A DNA stretch of 64,000 bases from Eledone cirrhosa (GCA_964016885.1 OZ024748.1:40796001-40860000); one strand, 5' to 3'; positions 1-14,747 are shown, numbered from the stretch's first letter. Notes: generated from the letters alone by a model not told the origin. Program-made: numbers and translations.

Positions 1-3000
1 GTGTTACTAACTTTCAAGCTAGATGGTGTTACTGACTTCCAAGCTAGATGGTGTTACTAACTTCCAAGCTAGATGGTGTTACTAACTTCCAAGCTAGATG
101 GTGTTACTAACTTCAAGGCTAGATGGTGTTACTAACTTCAAGGCTAGATGGTGTTACTAACTTTCAAGCTAGATGGTATTACTAACTTCAAAGCTAGATG
201 GTGTTACTAACTTCAAAGCTAGATGGTGTTATTAACTTCCAAGCTAGATGGTGTTACTAACTTTCAAGCTAGATGGTGTTACTAACTTCCAAGCTAGATG
301 GTGTTACTAACTTTCAAGCTAGATGGTGTTACTAACTTTCAAGCTAGATGGTGTTACTAACTTCCAAGCTAGATGGTGTTACTAACTTCAAAGCTAGATG
401 GTGTTACTAACTTCAAAGCTAGATGGTGTTACTAACTTCAAAGCTAGATGGTGTTACTAACTTCCAAGCTAGATGGTGTTACTAACTTCAAAGCTAGATG
501 GTGTTACTAACTTCAAAGCTAGATGGTGTTACTAACTTTCAAACTAGATGGTGTTACTAACTTTCAAGGTAGATGGTGTTACTAACTTCCAAGCTAGATG
601 GTGTTACTAACTTTCGAGCTAGATGGTGTTACTAACTTCCAAGCTAGATGGTGTTATTAACTTTCAAGATAGATGGTGTTACTAACTTCCAAGCTAGATG
701 GTGTTACTAACTTCCAAGCTAGATGGTGTTACTAACTTCCAAGCTAGATGGTGTTACTAACTTCCAAGCTAGATGGTGTTACTAACTTTCAAGCTAGATG
801 GTGTTACTAACTTTCAAGCTAGATGGTGTTACTAACTTCCAAGCTAGATGGTGTTACTAACTTCCAAGCTAGATGGTGTTACTAACTTTCAAGCTAGATG
901 GTGTTACTGACTTCCAAGCTAGATGGTGTTACTAACTTCCAAGCTAGATGGTATTACTAACTTCCAAGCTAGATGGTGTTACTAACTTCCAAGCTAGATG
1001 GTGTTACTAACTTCCAAGCTAGATGGTGTTACTAACTTTCAAGCTAGATGGTGTTACTGACTTCCAAGCTAGATGGTGTTACTAACTTTCAAGCTAGATG
1101 GTGTTACTAACTTCCAAGCTAGATGGTGTTACTAACTTCCAAGCTAGATGGTGTTACTAACTTCCAAGCTAGATGGTGTTACTAACTTCTAAGCTAGATG
1201 GTCTTACTAATTTCCAAGCTAGATGGTGTTAGTAACTTCCAAGCTAGATGGGGTTAGTAACTTCTAAGCTAGATGGTGTTACTAACTTCCAAGCTAGATG
1301 GTGTTACTAACTTCCAAGCTAGATGGTGTTACTAACTTCCAAGCTAGATGGTGTTACTAACTTCAAAGCTAGATGGTGTTACTAACTTCCAAGCTAGATG
1401 GTGTTACTAACTTCAAAGCTAGATGGTGTTACTAACTTCAAAGCTAGATGGTGTTACTAACTTCCAAGCTAGATGGTGTTACTAACTTCCAAGCTAGATG
1501 GTGTTACTAACTTCCAAGCTAGATGGTGTTACTAACTTCCAAGCTAGATGGTGTTACTAACTTTCAAGCTAGATGGTGTTACTAACTTCAAAGGTAGATG
1601 GTGTTACTAACTTTCAAGCTAGATGGTGTTACTAACTTCCAAGCTAGATGGTGTTACTAACTTCCAAGCTAGATGGTGTTACTAACTTTCAAGCTAGATG
1701 GTGTTACTAACTTCAAAGCTAGATGGTGTTACTAACTTCCAAGCTAGATGGTGTTACTAACTTCCAAGCTAGATGGTGTTACTAACTTCCAAGCTAGATG
1801 GTGTTACTAACTTCCAAGCTAGATGGTGTTACTAACTTTCAAGCTAGATGGTGTTACTAACTTTCAAGCTAGATGGTGTTACTAACTTCCAAGCTAGATG
1901 GTGTTACTAACTTTCAAGCTAGATGGTGTTACTAAATTCCAAGCTAGATGGTGTTACTAACATTCAAGCTAGATGGTGTTACTAACTTTCAAGCTAGATG
2001 GTGTTACTAACTTCCAAGCTGGATGGTGTTACTAACTTTCAAGCTAGATGGTGTTACTAACTTTCAAGCTAGATGGTGTTACTAACTTTCAAGCTAGATG
2101 GTGTTACTGACTTCCAAGCTAGATGGTGTTACGGACTTCCAAGCTAGATGGTGTTACTAACTTCAAAGCTAGATGGTGTTACTAACTTTCAAGCTAGATG
2201 GTGTTACTAACTTCCAAGCTAGATGGTGTTACTAACTTCCAAGTTAGATGGTGTTACTAACTTCCAAGCTAGATGGTGTTACTAACTTCCAAGGTAGATG
2301 GTGTTACTAACTTCCAAGCTAGATGGTGTTACTAACTTCCAAGCTAGATGGTGTTACTAACTTTCAAGCTAGATGGTGTTACTAACTTCAAAGCTAGATG
2401 GTGTTACTAACTTCAAAGCTAGATGGTGTTACTAACTTCAAAGCTAGATGGTGTTACTAACTTTCAAGCTAGATGGTGTTACTAACTTCCAAGCTAGATG
2501 GTGTTATTAACTTTCAAGATAGATGGTGTTACTAACTTCCAAGCTAGATGGTGTTACTAACTTCCAAGCTAGATGGTGTTACTAACTTCCAAGCTAGATG
2601 GTGTTACTAACTTCCAAGCTAGATGGTGTTACTAACTTTCAAGCTAGATGGTGTTACTAACTTTCAAGCTAGATGGTGTTACTAACTTCCAAGCTAGATG
2701 GTGTTACTAACTTCCAAGCTAGATGGTGTTACTAACTTTCAAGCTAGATGGTGTTACTGACTTCCAAGCTAGATGGTGTTACTAACTTCCAAGCTAGATG
2801 GTATTACTAACTTCCAAGCTAGATGGTGTTACTAACTTCCAAGCTAGATGGTGTTACTAACTTCCAAGCTAGATGGTGTTACTAACTTTCAAGCTAGATG
2901 GTGTTACTGACTTCCAAGCTAGATGGTGTTACTAACTTTCAAGCTAGATGGTGTTACTAACTTCCAAGCTAGATGGTGTTACTAACTTCCAAGCTAGATG

Positions 3001-6000
3001 GTGTTACTAACTTCCAAGCTAGATGGTGTTACTAACTTCTAAGCTAGATGGTGTTACTAATTTCCAAGCTAGATGGTGTTAGTAACTTCCAAGCTAGATG
3101 GTGTTAGTAACTTCCAAGCTAGATGGTGTTACTAACTTCCAAGCTAGATGGTGTTACTAACTTCCAAGCTAGATGGTGTTACTAACTTCCAAGCTAGATG
3201 GTGTTACTAACTTCAAAGCTAGATGGTGTTACTAACTTCCAAGCTAGATGGTGTTACTAACTTCAAAGCTAGATGGTGTTACTAACTTCAAAGCTAGATG
3301 GTGTTACTAACTTCCAAGCTAGATGGTGTTACTAACTTCCAAGCTAGATGGTGTTACTAACTTTCAAGCTAGATGGTGTTACTAACTTTCAAGCTAGATG
3401 GTGTTACTAACTTCAAAGCTAGATGGTGTTACTAACTTCCAAGCTAGATGGTGTTACTAACTTTCAAGCTAGATGGTGTTACTAACTTTCAAGCTAGATG
3501 GTGTTACTAACTTCAAAGCTAGATGGTGTTACTAACTTCCAAGCTAGATGGTGTTACTAACTTCCAAGCTAGATGGTGTTACTAACTTTCAAGCTAGATG
3601 GTGTTACTAACTTCAAAGGTAGATGGTGTTACTAACTTTCAAGCTAGATGGTGTTACTAACTTCCAAGCTAGATGGTGTTACTAACTTCCAAGCTAGATG
3701 GTGTTACTAACTTTCAAGCTAGATGGTGTTACTAACTTCAAAGCTAGATGGTGTTACTAACTTCCAAGCTAGATGGTGTTACTAACTTCCAAGCTAGATG
3801 GTGTTACTAACTTCCAAGCTAGATGGTGTTACTAACTTCCAAGCTAGATGGTGTTACTAACTTTCAAGCTAGATGGTGTTACTAACTTTCAAGCTAGATG
3901 GTGTTACTAACTTCCAAGCTAGATGGTGTTACTAACTTTCAAGCTAGATGGTGTTACTAAATTCCAAGCTAGATGGTGTTACTAACATTCAAGCTAGATG
4001 GTGTTACTAACTTTCAAGCTAGATGGTGTTACTAACTTCCAAGCTGGATGGTGTTACTAACTTTCAAGCTAGATGGTGTTACTAACTTTCAAGCTAGATG
4101 GTGTTACTGACTTCCAAGCTAGATGGTGTTACTGACTTCCAAGCTAGATGGTGTTACGGACTTCCAAGCTAGATGGTGTTACTAACTTCAAAGCTAGATG
4201 GTGTTACTAACTTTCAAGCTAGATGGTGTTACTAACTTCCAAGCTAGATGGTGTTACTAACTTCCAAGCTAGATGGTGTTACTAACTTCCAAGGTAGATG
4301 GTGTTACTAACTTCCAAGCTAGATGGTGTTACTAACTTCCAAGCTAGATGGTGTTACTAACTTCCAAGCTAGATGGTTTTACTAACTTCCAAGCTAGATG
4401 GTGTTACTAACTTCCAAGGTAGATGGTGTTACTAACTTCCAAGCTAGATGGTGTTACAAACTTCAAAGCTAGATGGTGTTACTAACTTCCAAGCTAGATG
4501 GTGTTACTAACTTCCAAGCTAGATGGTGTTACTAACTTCGAAGGTAGATGGTGTTACTAACTTCGAAGGTAGATGGTGTTACTAACTTCCAAGCTAGATG
4601 GTGTTACTAACTTTCAAGCTAGATGGTGTTACTAACTTTCAAGCTAGATGGTGTTACTAACTTCAAAGCTACATGGTGTTACTAACTTCCAAGCTAGATG
4701 GTGTTACTAACTTCAAAGCTAGATGGTGTTACTGACTTCAAAGCTAGATGGTGTTACTGACTTCAAAGCTAGATGGTGTTACTAACTTTCAAGCTAGATG
4801 GTGTTACTAACTTCCAAGCTAGATGGTGTTACTAACTTCCAAGTTAGATGGTGTTACTAACTTTCAAGCTAGATGGTGTTACTAACTTCCAAGCTAGATG
4901 GTGTTACTAACTTCCAAGCTAGATGGTGTTACTAACTTCAAAGCTAGATGGTGTTACTAACTTCCAAGGTAGATGGTGTTACTAACTTCCAAGCTAGATG
5001 GTGTTACAAACTTCAAAGCTAGATGGTGTTACTAACTTTCAAGCTAGATGGTGTTACTAACTTCCAAGCTAGATGGTGTTACTAACTTTCAAGCTAGATG
5101 GTGTTACTAACTTCAAAGCTAGATGGTGTTACTAATTTTCAAGCTAGATGGTGTTACTAACTTTCAAGCTAGATGGTGTTACTAACTTCAAAGCTAGATG
5201 GTGTTACTAACTTCCAAGCTAGATGGTGTTACTAACTTCAAAGCTAGATGGTGTTACTAACATCAAAGCTAGATGGTGTTACTAACTTCCAAGCTAGATG
5301 GTGTTACTAACTTCTAAGCTAGATGGTGTTACTAATTTCCAAGCTAGATGGTGTTAGTAACTTCCAAGCTAGATGGTGTTACTAACTTCCAAGCTAGATG
5401 GTGTTACTAACTTCCAAGCTAGATGGTGTTACTAACTTCCAAGGTAGATGGTGTTACTAACTTCCAAGGTAGATGGTGTTACTAACTTCCAAGCTAGATG
5501 GTGTTACTAACTTCCAAGCTAGATGGTGTTACTAACTTCCAAGCTAGATGGTGTTACTAACTTCCAAGCTAGATGGTGTTACTAACTTCAAAGCTAGATG
5601 GTGTTACTAACTTCAAAGCTAGATGGTGTTACTAACTTCCAAGCTAGATGGTGTTACTAACTTCCAAGCTAGATGGTGTTACTAACTTTCAAGCTAGATG
5701 GTGTTACTAACTTTCAAGCTAGATGGTGTTACTAACTTCCAAGCTAGATGGTGTTACGGACTTCCAAGCTAGATGGTGTTACTAACTTCAAAGCTAGATG
5801 GTGTTACTAACTTTCAAGCTAGATGGTGTTACTAACTTCCAAGCTAGATGGTGTTACTAACTTCCAAGCTAGATGGTGTTACTAACTTTCAAGCTAGATG
5901 GTGTTACTAACTTCAAAGCTAGATGGTGTTACTAACTTCAAAGCTAGATGGTGTTACTAACTTCAAAGCTAGATGGTGTTACTAACTTTCAAGCTAGATG

Positions 6001-9000
6001 GTGTTACTAACTTCAAAGCTAGATGGTGTTACTAACATTCAAGCTAGATGGTGTTACTAACTTTCAAGCTAGATGGTGTTACTAACTTCCAAGCTAGATG
6101 GTGTTATTAACTTTCAAGATAGATGGTGTTACTAACTTCCAAGCTAGATGGTGTTACTAACTTCCAAGCTAGATGGTGTTACTAACTTCCAAGCTAGATG
6201 GTGTTACTAACTTCCAAGCTAGATGGTGTTACTAACTTTCAAGCTAGATGGTGTTACTAACTTTCAAGCTAGATGGTGTTACTAACTTCCAAGCTAGATG
6301 GTGTTACTAACTTCCAAGCTAGATGGTGTTACTAACTTTCAAGCTAGATGGTGTTACTGACTTCCAAGCTAGATGGTGTTACTAACTTCCAAGCTAGATG
6401 GTATTACTAACTTCCAAGCTAGATGGTGTTACTAACTTCCAAGCTAGATGGTGTTACTAACTTCCAAGCTAGATGGTGTTACTAACTTTCAAGCTAGATG
6501 GTGTTACTGACTTCCAAGCTAGATGGTGTTACTAACTTTCAAGCTAGATGGTGTTACTAACTTCCAAGCTAGATGGTGTTACTAACTTCCAAGCTAGATG
6601 GTGTTACTAACTTCCAAGCTAGATGGTGTTACTAACTTCTAAGCTAGATGGTGTTACTAATTTCCAAGCTAGATGGTGTTAGTAACTTCCAAGCTAGATG
6701 GTGTTAGTAACTTCCAAGCTAGATGGTGTTACTAACTTCCAAGCTAGATGGTGTTACTAACTTCCAAGCTAGATGGTGTTACTAACTTCCAAGCTAGATG
6801 GTGTTACTAACTTCAAAGCTAGATGGTGTTACTAACTTCCAAGCTAGATGGTGTTACTAACTTCAAAGCTAGATGGTGTTACTAACTTCAAAGCTAGATG
6901 GTGTTACTAACTTCCAAGCTAGATGGTGTTACTAACTTCCAAGCTAGATGGTGTTACTAACTTTCAAGCTAGATGGTGTTACTAACTTTCAAGCTAGATG
7001 GTGTTACTAACTTCAAAGCTAGATGGTGTTACTAACTTCCAAGCTAGATGGTGTTACTAACTTTCAAGCTAGATGGTGTTACTAACTTTCAAGCTAGATG
7101 GTGTTACTAACTTCAAAGCTAGATGGTGTTACTAACTTCCAAGCTAGATGGTGTTACTAACTTCCAAGCTAGATGGTGTTACTAACTTTCAAGCTAGATG
7201 GTGTTACTAACTTCAAAGGTAGATGGTGTTACTAACTTTCAAGCTAGATGGTGTTACTAACTTCCAAGCTAGATGGTGTTACTAACTTCCAAGCTAGATG
7301 GTGTTACTAACTTTCAAGCTAGATGGTGTTACTAACTTCAAAGCTAGATGGTGTTACTAACTTCCAAGCTAGATGGTGTTACTAACTTCCAAGCTAGATG
7401 GTGTTACTAACTTCCAAGCTAGATGGTGTTACTAACTTCCAAGCTAGATGGTGTTACTAACTTTCAAGCTAGATGGTGTTACTAACTTTCAAGCTAGATG
7501 GTGTTACTAACTTCCAAGCTAGATGGTGTTACTAACTTTCAAGCTAGATGGTGTTACTAAATTCCAAGCTAGATGGTGTTACTAACATTCAAGCTAGATG
7601 GTGTTACTAACTTTCAAGCTAGATGGTGTTACTAACTTCCAAGCTGGATGGTGTTACTAACTTTCAAGCTAGATGGTGTTACTAACTTTCAAGCTAGATG
7701 GTGTTACTAACTTTCAAGCTAGATGGTGTTACTGACTTCCAAGCTAGATGGTGTTACGGACTTCCAAGCTAGATGGTGTTACCAACTTCAAAGCTAGATG
7801 GTGTTACTAACTTTCAAGCTAGATGGTGTTACTAACTTCCAAGCTAGATGGTGTTACTAACTTCCAAGTTAGATGGTGTTACTAACTTCCAAGCTAGATG
7901 GTGTTACTAACTTCCAAGGTAGATGGTGTTACTAACTTCCAAGCTAGATGGTGTTACTAACTTCCAAGCTAGATGGTTTTACTAACTTCCAAGCTAGATG
8001 GTGTTACTAACTTCCAAGGTAGATGGTGTTACTAACTTCCAAGCTAGATGGTGTTACAAACTTCAAAGCTAGATGGTGTTACTAACTTCCAAGCTAGATG
8101 GTGTTACTAACTTCCAAGCTAGATGGTGTTACTAACTTCGAAGGTAGATGGTGTTACTAACTTCCAAGCTAGATGGTGTTACTAACTTTCAAGCTAGATG
8201 GTGTTACTAACTTTCAAGCTAGATGGTGTTACTAACTTCAAAGCTAGATGGTGTTACTAACTTTCAAGCTAGATGGTGTTACTAACTTCAAAGCTAGATG
8301 GTGTTACTGACTTCAAAGCTAGATGGTGTTACTGACTTCAAAGCTAGATGGTGTTACTAACTTTCAAGCTAGATGGTGTTACTAACTTCCAAGCTAGATG
8401 GTGTTACTAACTTCCAAGTTAGATGGTGTTACTAACTTTCAAGCTAGATGGTGTTACTAACTTCCAAGCTAGATGGTGTTACTAACTTCCAAGCTAGATG
8501 GTGTTACTAACTTCAAAGCTAGATGGTGTTACTAACTTCCAAGGTAGATGGTGTTACTAACTTCCAAGCTAGATGGTGTTACAAACTTCAAAGCTAGATG
8601 GTGTTACTAACTTTCAAGCTAGATGGTGTTACTAACTTCCAAGCTAGATGGTGTTACTAACTTTCAAGCTAGATGGTGTTACTAACTTCAAAGCTAGATG
8701 GTGTTACTAATTTTCAAGCTAGATGGTGTTACTAACTTTCAAGCTAGATGGTGTTACTAACTTCAAAGCTAGATGGTGTTACTAACTTCCAAGGTAGATG
8801 GTGTTACTAACTTCCAAGCTAGATGGTGTTACTAACTTCCAAGCTAGATGGTGTTACTAACTTCAAAGCTAGATGGTGTTACTAACATCAAAGCTAGATG
8901 GTGTTACTAACTTCCAAGCTAGATGGTGTTACTAACTTCTAAGCTAGATGGTGTTACTAATTTCCAAGCTAGATGGTGTTAGTAACTTCCAAGCTAGATG

Positions 9001-12000
9001 GTGTTACTAACTTCCAAGCTAGATGGTGTTACTAACTTCCAAGCTAGATGGTGTTACTAACTTCCAAGCTAGATGGTGTTACTAACTTCCAAGGTAGATG
9101 GTGTTACTAACTTCCAAGGTAGATGGTGTTACTAACTTCCAAGCTAGATGGTGTTACTAACTTCCAAGCTAGATGGTGTTACTAACTTCCAAGCTAGATG
9201 GTGTTACTAACTTCCAAGCTAGATGGTGTTACTAACTTCAAAGCTAGATGGTGTTACTAACTTCAAAGCTAGATGGTGTTACTAACTTCCAAGCTAGATG
9301 GTGTTACTAACTTCCAAGCTAGATGGTGTTACTAACTTTCAAGCTAGATGGTGTTACTAACTTTCAAGCTAGATGGTGTTACTAACTTCAAAGCTAGATG
9401 GTGTTACTAACTTCCAAGCTAGATGGTGTTACTAACTTTCAAGCTAGATGGTGTTACTAACTTTCAAGCTAGATGGTGTTACTAACTTCAAAGCTAGATG
9501 GTGTTACTAACTTCCAAGCTAGATGGTGTTACTAACTTCCAAGCTAGATGGTGTTACTAACTTTCAAGCTAGATGGTGTTACTAACTTCAAAGGTAGATG
9601 GTGTTACTAACTTTCAAGCTAGATGGTGTTACTAACTTCCAAGCTAGATGGTGTTACTAACTTCCAAGCTAGATGGTGTTACTAACTTTCAAGCTAGATG
9701 GTGTTACTAACTTCAAAGCTAGATGGTGTTACTAACTTCCAAGCTAGATGGTGTTACTAACTTCCAAGCTAGATAGTGTTACTAACTTCCAAGCTAGATG
9801 GTGTTACTAACTTCCAAGCTAGATGGTGTTACTAACTTTCAAGCTAGATGGTGTTACTAACTTTCAAGCTAGATGGTGTTACTAACTTCCAAGCTAGATG
9901 GTGTTACTAACTTTCAAGCTAGATGGTGTTACTAAATTCCAAGCTAGATGGTGTTACTAACATTCAAGCTAGATGGTGTTACTAACTTTCAAGCTAGATG
10001 GTGTTACTAACTTCCAAGCTGGATGGTGTTACTAACTTTCAAGCTAGATGGTGTTACTAACTTTCAAGCTAGATGGTGTTACTAACTTTCAAGCTAGATG
10101 GTGTTACTGACTTCCAAGCTAGATGGTGTTACGGACTTCCAAGCTAGATGGTGTTACTAACTTCAAAGCTAGATGGTGTTACTAACTTTCAAGCTAGATG
10201 GTGTTACTAACTTCCAAGGTAGATGGTGTTACTAACTTCCAAGCTAGATGGTGTTACAAACTTCAAAGCTAGATGGTGTTACTAACTTCCAAGCTAGATG
10301 GTGTTACTAACTTCCAAGGTAGATGGTGTTACTAACTTCCAAGCTAGATGGTGTTACTAACTTTCAAGCTAGATGGTGTTACTAACATTCAAGCTAGATG
10401 GTGTTACTAACTTTCAAGCTAGATGGTGTTACTAACTTTCAAGCTAGATGGTGTTACTAACTTCCAAGCTAGATGGTGTTACTAACTTCCAAGCTAGATG
10501 GTGTTACTAACTTCTAAGCTAGATGGTGTTACTAATTTCCAAGCTAGATGGTGTTACTAACTTCCAAGCTAGATGGTGTTACTAACTTCAAAGCTAGATG
10601 GTGTTACTAACTTCAAAGCTAGATGGTGTTACTAACTTCAAAGCTAGATGGTGTTACTAACTTCCAAGGTAGATAGTGTTACTAACTTCCAAGCTAGATG
10701 GTGTTACTAACTTCCAAGCTAGATGGTGTTACTAACTTCAAAGCTAGATGGTGTTACTAACTTCCAAGCTAGATGGTGTTACTAACTTCAAAGCTAGATG
10801 GTGTTACTAACTTCAAAGCTAGATGGTGTTACTAACTTCCAAGCTAGATGGTGTTACTAACTTTCAAGCTAGATGGTGTTACTAACTTTCAAGCTAGATG
10901 GTGTTACTAACTTCAAAGCTAGATGGTGTTACTAACTTCCAAGCTAGATGGTGTTACTAACTTCCAAGCTAGATGGTGTTACTAACTTTCAAGCTAGATG
11001 GTGTTACTAACTTCAAAGCTAGATGGTGTTACTAACTTCAAAGCTAGATGGTGTTACTAACTTCAAAGCTAGATGGTGTTACTAACTTTCAAGCTAGATG
11101 GTGTTACTAACTTCAAAGCTAGATGGTGTTACTAACTTCAAAGCTAGATGGTGTTACTAACTTCCAAGCTAGATGGTGTTACTAACTTCAAAGCTAGATG
11201 GTGTTACTAACTTCCAAGCTAGATGGTGTTACTAACTTCCAAGCTAGATGGTGTTACTAACTTCGAAGGTAGATGGTGTTACTAACTTCCAAGCTAGATG
11301 GTGTTACTAACTTTCAAGCTAGATGGTGTTACTAACATTCAAGCTAGATGGTGTTACTAACTTTCAAGCTAGATGGTGTTACTAACTTTCAAGCTAGATG
11401 GTGTTACTAACTTCCAAGCTAGATGGTGTTACTAACTTCCAAGCTAGATGGTGTTACTAACTTCTAAGCTAGATGGTGTTACTAATTTCCAAGCTAGATG
11501 GTGTTACTAACTTCCAAGCTAGATGGTGTTACTAACTTCAAAGCTAGATGGTGTTACTAACTTCAAAGCTAGATGGTGTTACTAACTTCAAAGCTAGATG
11601 GTGTTACTAACTTCCAAGGTAGATAGTGTTACTAACTTCCAAGCTAGATGGTGTTACTAACTTCCAAGCTAGATGGTGTTACTAACTTCAAAGCTAGATG
11701 GTGTTACTAACTTCAAAGCTAGATGGTGTTACTAACTTCCAAGCTAGATGGTGTTACTAACTTTCAAGCTAGATGGTGTTACTAACTTTCAAGCTAGATG
11801 GTGTTACTAACTTCAAAGCTAGATGGTGTTACTAACTTCCAAGCTAGATGGTGTTACTAACTTCCAAGCTAGATGGTGTTACTAACTTTCAAGCTAGATG
11901 GTGTTACTAACTTCAAAGCTAGATGGTGTTACTAACTTCAAAGCTAGATGGTTTTACTAACTTTCAAGCTAGATGGTGTTACTAACTTCAAAGCTAGATG

Positions 12001-13409
12001 GTGTTACTAACTTCAAAGCTAGATGGTGTTACTAACTTCCAAGCTAGATGGTGTTACTAACTTTCAAGCTAGATGGTGTTACTAACTTCAAAGGTAGATG
12101 GTGTTACTAACTTTCAAGCTAGATGGTGTTACTAACTTCCAAGCTAGATGGTGTTACTAACTTCCAAGCTAGATGGTGTTACTAACTTTCAAGCTAGATG
12201 GTGTTACTAACTTCAAAGCTAGATGGTGTTACTAACTTCCAAGCTAGATGGTGTTACTAACTTCCAAGCTAGATGGTGTTACTAACTTCCAAGCTAGATG
12301 GTGTTACTAACTTCCAAGCTAGATGGTGTTACTAACTTTCAAGCTAGATGGTGTTACTAACTTTCAAGCTAGATGGTGTTACTAACTTCCAAGCTAGATG
12401 GTGTTACTAACTTTCAAGCTAGATGGTGTTACTAACTTTCAAGCTAGATGGTGTTACTAACTTTCAAGCTAGATGGTGTTACTAACTTCCAAGCTAGATG
12501 GTGTTACTAACTTTCAAGCTAGATGGTGTTACTAACTTCCAAGCTAGATGGTGTTACTAACTTTCAAGCTAGATGGTGTTACTAACTTCCAAGCTAGATG
12601 GTGTTAATAACTTCAAAGCTAGATGGTGTTACTAACTTCCAAGCTAGATGGTGTTACTAACTTCCAAGCTAGATGGTGTTACTAACTTTCAAGCTAGATG
12701 GTGTTACTAACTTCAAAGCTAGATGGTGTTACTAACATCAAAGCTAGATGGTGTTACTAACTTTGAAGCTAGATGGTGTTACTAACTTTCAAGCTAGATG
12801 GTGTTACTAACTTCCAAGCTAGATGGTGTTACTAACTTTCAAGCTAGATGGTGTTACTAACTTTCAAGCTAGATGGTGTTACTAACTTCAAAGCTAGATG
12901 GTGTTACTAACTTCAAAGCTAGATGGTGTTACTAACTTCCAAGCTAGATGGTGTTACTAACTTTCAAGCTAGATGGTGTTACTAACTTTCAAGCTAGATG
13001 GTGTTACTAACTTTCAAGCTAGATGGTGTTACTAACTTTCAAGCTAGATGGTGTTACTAACTTTCAAGCTAGATGGTGTTACTAACTTCAAAGCTAGATG
13101 GTGTTACTAACTTCCAAGCTAGATGGTGTTACTAACTTCCAAGCTAGATGGTGTTACTAACTTTCAAGCTAGATGGTGTTACTAACTTCAAAGCTAGATG
13201 GTGTTACTAACTTCAAAGCTAGATGGTGTTACTAACTTTCAAGCTAGATGGTGTTACTAACTTTCAAGCTAGATGGTGTTACTAACTTTCAAGCTAGATG
13301 GTGTTACTAACTTCCAAGCTAGATGGTGTTACTAACTTTCAAGCTAGATGGTGTTACTAACTTTCAAGCTAGATGGTGTTACTAACTTCAAAGCTAGATG
13401 GAGTTACTA
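1..13409. repeat. 25-bp satellite array (GTGTTACTAACTTYMAAGCTAGATG), ~536 copies, runs off the left edge; intronic
   Basis: Exact 25-bp period; lines 1, 301, ... 13201 all start in the same phase; ends at ...gatggagttactag. Confidence 0.99.
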
Positions 13410-13503
13410 GTTTATTAATGTGACATTTTTCAATCATTCCGATATGTGTTGTTAATAAATGTTTGTTTGAAAAAATAGTCATTTTACTGAAAATAAACCC
13501 CAG

Positions 13504-13825
13504 CACAGCAACTGTAGCTGTGTAAAATATACACAGCAGTCAACACAGCAACTGTAGCTGCGTAAAATATACACAGCAGTCAACACAGCAACTGTAGCTG
13601 TGTAAAATATACACAGCAGTCAACACAGCAACTGTAGCTGTGTAAAATATACACAGCAGTCAACACAGCAACTGTAGCTGCGTAAAATATACACAGCAGT
13701 CAACACAGCAACTGTAGCTGTGTAAAGTATACACAGCAGTCAACACAGCAACTGTAGCTGCGTAAAATATACACAGCAGTCAACACAGCAACTGTAGCTG
13801 TGTAAAATATACGCGGCAGTCAACA
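13504..13825. repeat. 40-bp minisatellite (CACAGCAACTGTAGCTGTGTAAAATATACACAGCAGTCAA), ~8 copies
   Basis: Direct 40-bp periodicity. Confidence 0.97.
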
Positions 13826-14075
13826 GGTTAAACAAATGTCATTCTTGAAATTGTATAAGTTAGAGGATAATAATTTGAGAGTTATCTCCCCTCAACTTAG
13901 CAAATATTCAAACTATCACTTTTCTTCCCGTACATAAAAGGTATAGTACATAGAATAATGTACACATGTCAGGAAAGTAAAATTATTTTACACTAAATTT
14001 CTGAGTTCCAATAACTGAGGATATTGTGAATAAAGAGTTAACACATTCAAAAGTATTTTCATTTTATATACACAG

Positions 14076-14640
14076 CATAAAATATGTAGTTTTTAGTAAT
14101 AATTTAATATAAAATATATATGTAGTTTTTAGTAATAATTTAATATAAAATATATATGTAGTTTTTAGTAATAATTTAATATAAAATATATATGTAGTTT
14201 TTAGTAATAATTTAATATAAAATATATATGTAGCTTTTGGTAATAATTTAATATAAAATATATATGTAGTTTTTAGTAATAATTTAATATAAAATATATA
14301 TGTTGCTTTTGGTAATAATTTAATATAAAATATATATGTTGCTTTTGGTAATAATTTAATATAAAATATATATGTTGCTTTTGGTAATAATTTAATATAA
14401 AATATATATGTTGCTTTTGGTAATAATTTAATATAAAATATATATGTTGCTTTTGGTAATAATTTAATATAAAATATATATGTTGCTTTTGGTAATAATT
14501 TAATATAAAATATATATGTAGCTTTTGGTAATAATTTAATATAAAATATATATGTTGCTTTTGGTAATAATTTAATATAAAATATATATGTTGCTTTGGT
14601 AATAATTTTATATATACAGTATAAAATATATATGTAGGTT
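14076..14640. repeat. 36-bp AT-rich minisatellite, ~15 copies, starting ~30 nt from an exon donor
   Basis: Unit AATTTAATATAAAATATATATGTWGYTTTTRGTAAT; produces the (KATYIFYIKLLP)n peptide of ORF 14064-14756. Confidence 0.97.
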
Positions 14641-14669
14641 TTGGGATTATATAAAAAATAAAAACTCAC

Positions 14670-14747
14670 TGATAAAGTATCCAAAAACGTTATCATTCGT
14701 TCTTTGTTCATTTTAATAAACGGATTCACTACTTTCATATAAGGTTC
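14670..14747 (-). CDS. RASA1: p120 RasGAP exon N (last in window): EPYMKVVNPFIKMNKERMITFLDTLS
   Basis: cag|GAA...TCA|gtgag, 78 nt; resembles human EPYMEGVNPFIKSNKHRMIMFLDELG (recalled). Confidence 0.96.

Noticed and set aside
13410-14063. Search for the next RASA1 exon after exon N
   Set aside because: No AG-bounded open segment resembling the RasGAP C-terminus; it presumably lies left of the window.
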